From Thermofilum adornatum (GTDB taxonomy: Archaea; Thermoproteota; Thermoprotei; Thermofilales; Thermofilaceae), in contig NC_022093.1 of assembly GCF_000446015.1 (NCBI RefSeq), forward strand, positions 1,710,001-1,742,000: a DNA stretch of 32,000 nt, written 5' to 3'. Within the stretch, counting starts at the first letter, position 1; each line of letters begins with the position of its first letter. The notes below the pieces were generated by a model that had not been told where the DNA came from, did not search any database, and saw nothing but the letters and a program-made list of their open reading frames with translations. This document shows, piece by piece, positions 31,547-32,000 of the stretch. The translations under genes were made by a program, and so were the position numbers.

Positions 31547-31554
31547 GGTTAACC
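31547..31554. promoter_or_regulatory. GGTTAACC (self-complementary) motif in a divergent promoter spacer
   Basis: It lies between TATA-like tracts for the minus-strand gene (start 31502) and the plus-strand gene (start 31601). The right flank TTGGTTAACC resembles ATTGTTAACC of the main palindrome. Confidence 0.45.
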
Positions 31555-31600
31555 TATATTACAAAGCAAATAAAAATGTTATCCCAAATAACTTAAACTG

Positions 31601-32000
31601 ATGAGCAAAGAAAAACCTAAACTAGACAAAAAGCTGTTAGCCGCAGTAATACTTCTCGTCCTCTCAGCCCTGCTAGCCTTATCGGGCTCTTTCACCGCTA
31701 AGACACTACTCTACCAAGGCGTCCAGACAGAAGAAGTCTGGATAACGGGTCTCGACGGAGCCAAACTTAGGGCAGTGATCTATAAGCCTTCTAATGCTCA
31801 AGGGAAGCTACCAGCAGTCATTGTTGTCCACGGGCTAGGTGCCTCATCAGATACAATGAATGCTATTTCCACGGAGCTTGCAAGAAACGGCATCCTAGTT
31901 TTATCACTGAACTATAGGGGACACGACGGTAGCGAGGGCGGGGTAAACTATATCGGCGACCCAATAGCGGCGCCAAACATCTCAAACGACCTCTACGCTT
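31601..32000 (+). CDS. membrane-anchored alpha/beta hydrolase (dienelactone-hydrolase/S9-like), 5' part; runs off the right edge
   Basis: Absent from the ORF track. My translation from ATG 31601 gives MSKEKPKLDKKLLAAVILLVLSALLALSGSF..GLDGAKLRAVIYKPSNAQGKLPAVIVVHGLGASSDTMNAISTELARNGILVLSLNYRGHDGSEG. This is an N-terminal TM helix followed by the HG-oxyanion start of an alpha/beta hydrolase. Confidence 0.6.
   Translation, partial: MSKEKPKLDKKLLAAVILLVLSALLALSGSFTAKTLLYQGVQTEEVWITGLDGAKLRAVIYKPSNAQGKLPAVIVVHGLGASSDTMNAISTELARNGILVLSLNYRGHDGSEGGVNYIGDPIAAPNISNDLYA

Noticed and set aside
1-32000. Search for mobile elements, integrases, tRNA/rRNA genes or CRISPR repeats
   Set aside because: I saw no transposase or integrase motifs, no terminal inverted repeats flanking any block, no tRNA-like T-arm or acceptor patterns, and no regularly spaced direct repeats.

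Overview
The window reads as chromosomal DNA from a hyperthermophilic crenarchaeon (inference from K/E/R/I/V-rich proteins, an Aeropyrum-type peroxiredoxin, a herA-mre11-rad50-nurA locus, and TATA-box/leaderless-style promoters). It is gene-dense and syntenic. I saw no rRNA, tRNA, CRISPR array, transposase or integrase. Left third (1-9.0 kb): a partial Zn-alcohol dehydrogenase missing from the ORF track, a peroxiredoxin, a decayed HEPN/MNT toxin-antitoxin pair, then nurA and herA-mre11-rad50. Middle (9.0-12.1 kb): a Roadblock/LC7 protein translationally coupled to one of two paralogous sensor-globin-fold proteins that seem to lack the haem-binding His, an AbrB/SpoVT protein and a TauE/SafE permease. 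Right two thirds (12.2-32 kb): two LIV-type ABC importers and a block of CoA-dependent acyl-metabolism genes. These include an acyl-CoA synthetase, two tandem alpha/beta hydrolases, a KAS III-like enzyme, a 2-hydroxyacid dehydrogenase, a thiolase coupled to an OB-fold::SDR fusion, an HTH_10 regulator and a secreted permuted NlpC/P60 enzyme. Most interesting: (1) the Rad50 has no cysteine, hence no CxxC zinc hook, and carries a ~38-residue hydrophobic hairpin exactly at the coiled-coil apex. (2) A perfect 17-bp palindrome GGTTAACATTGTTAACC, a near-identical second copy and GTTAACC half-sites sit immediately upstream of TATA-like stretches in five promoters of the acyl-metabolism block, which suggests one regulon. 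(3) The KAS III-like protein keeps the active-site Cys but appears to have lost the His/Asn pair. (4) A thiolase is coupled to a DUF35-like OB-fold::ketoreductase fusion, suggesting an ACP-independent condensation-reduction module. All homology calls come from motif recognition by eye; no searches were run.
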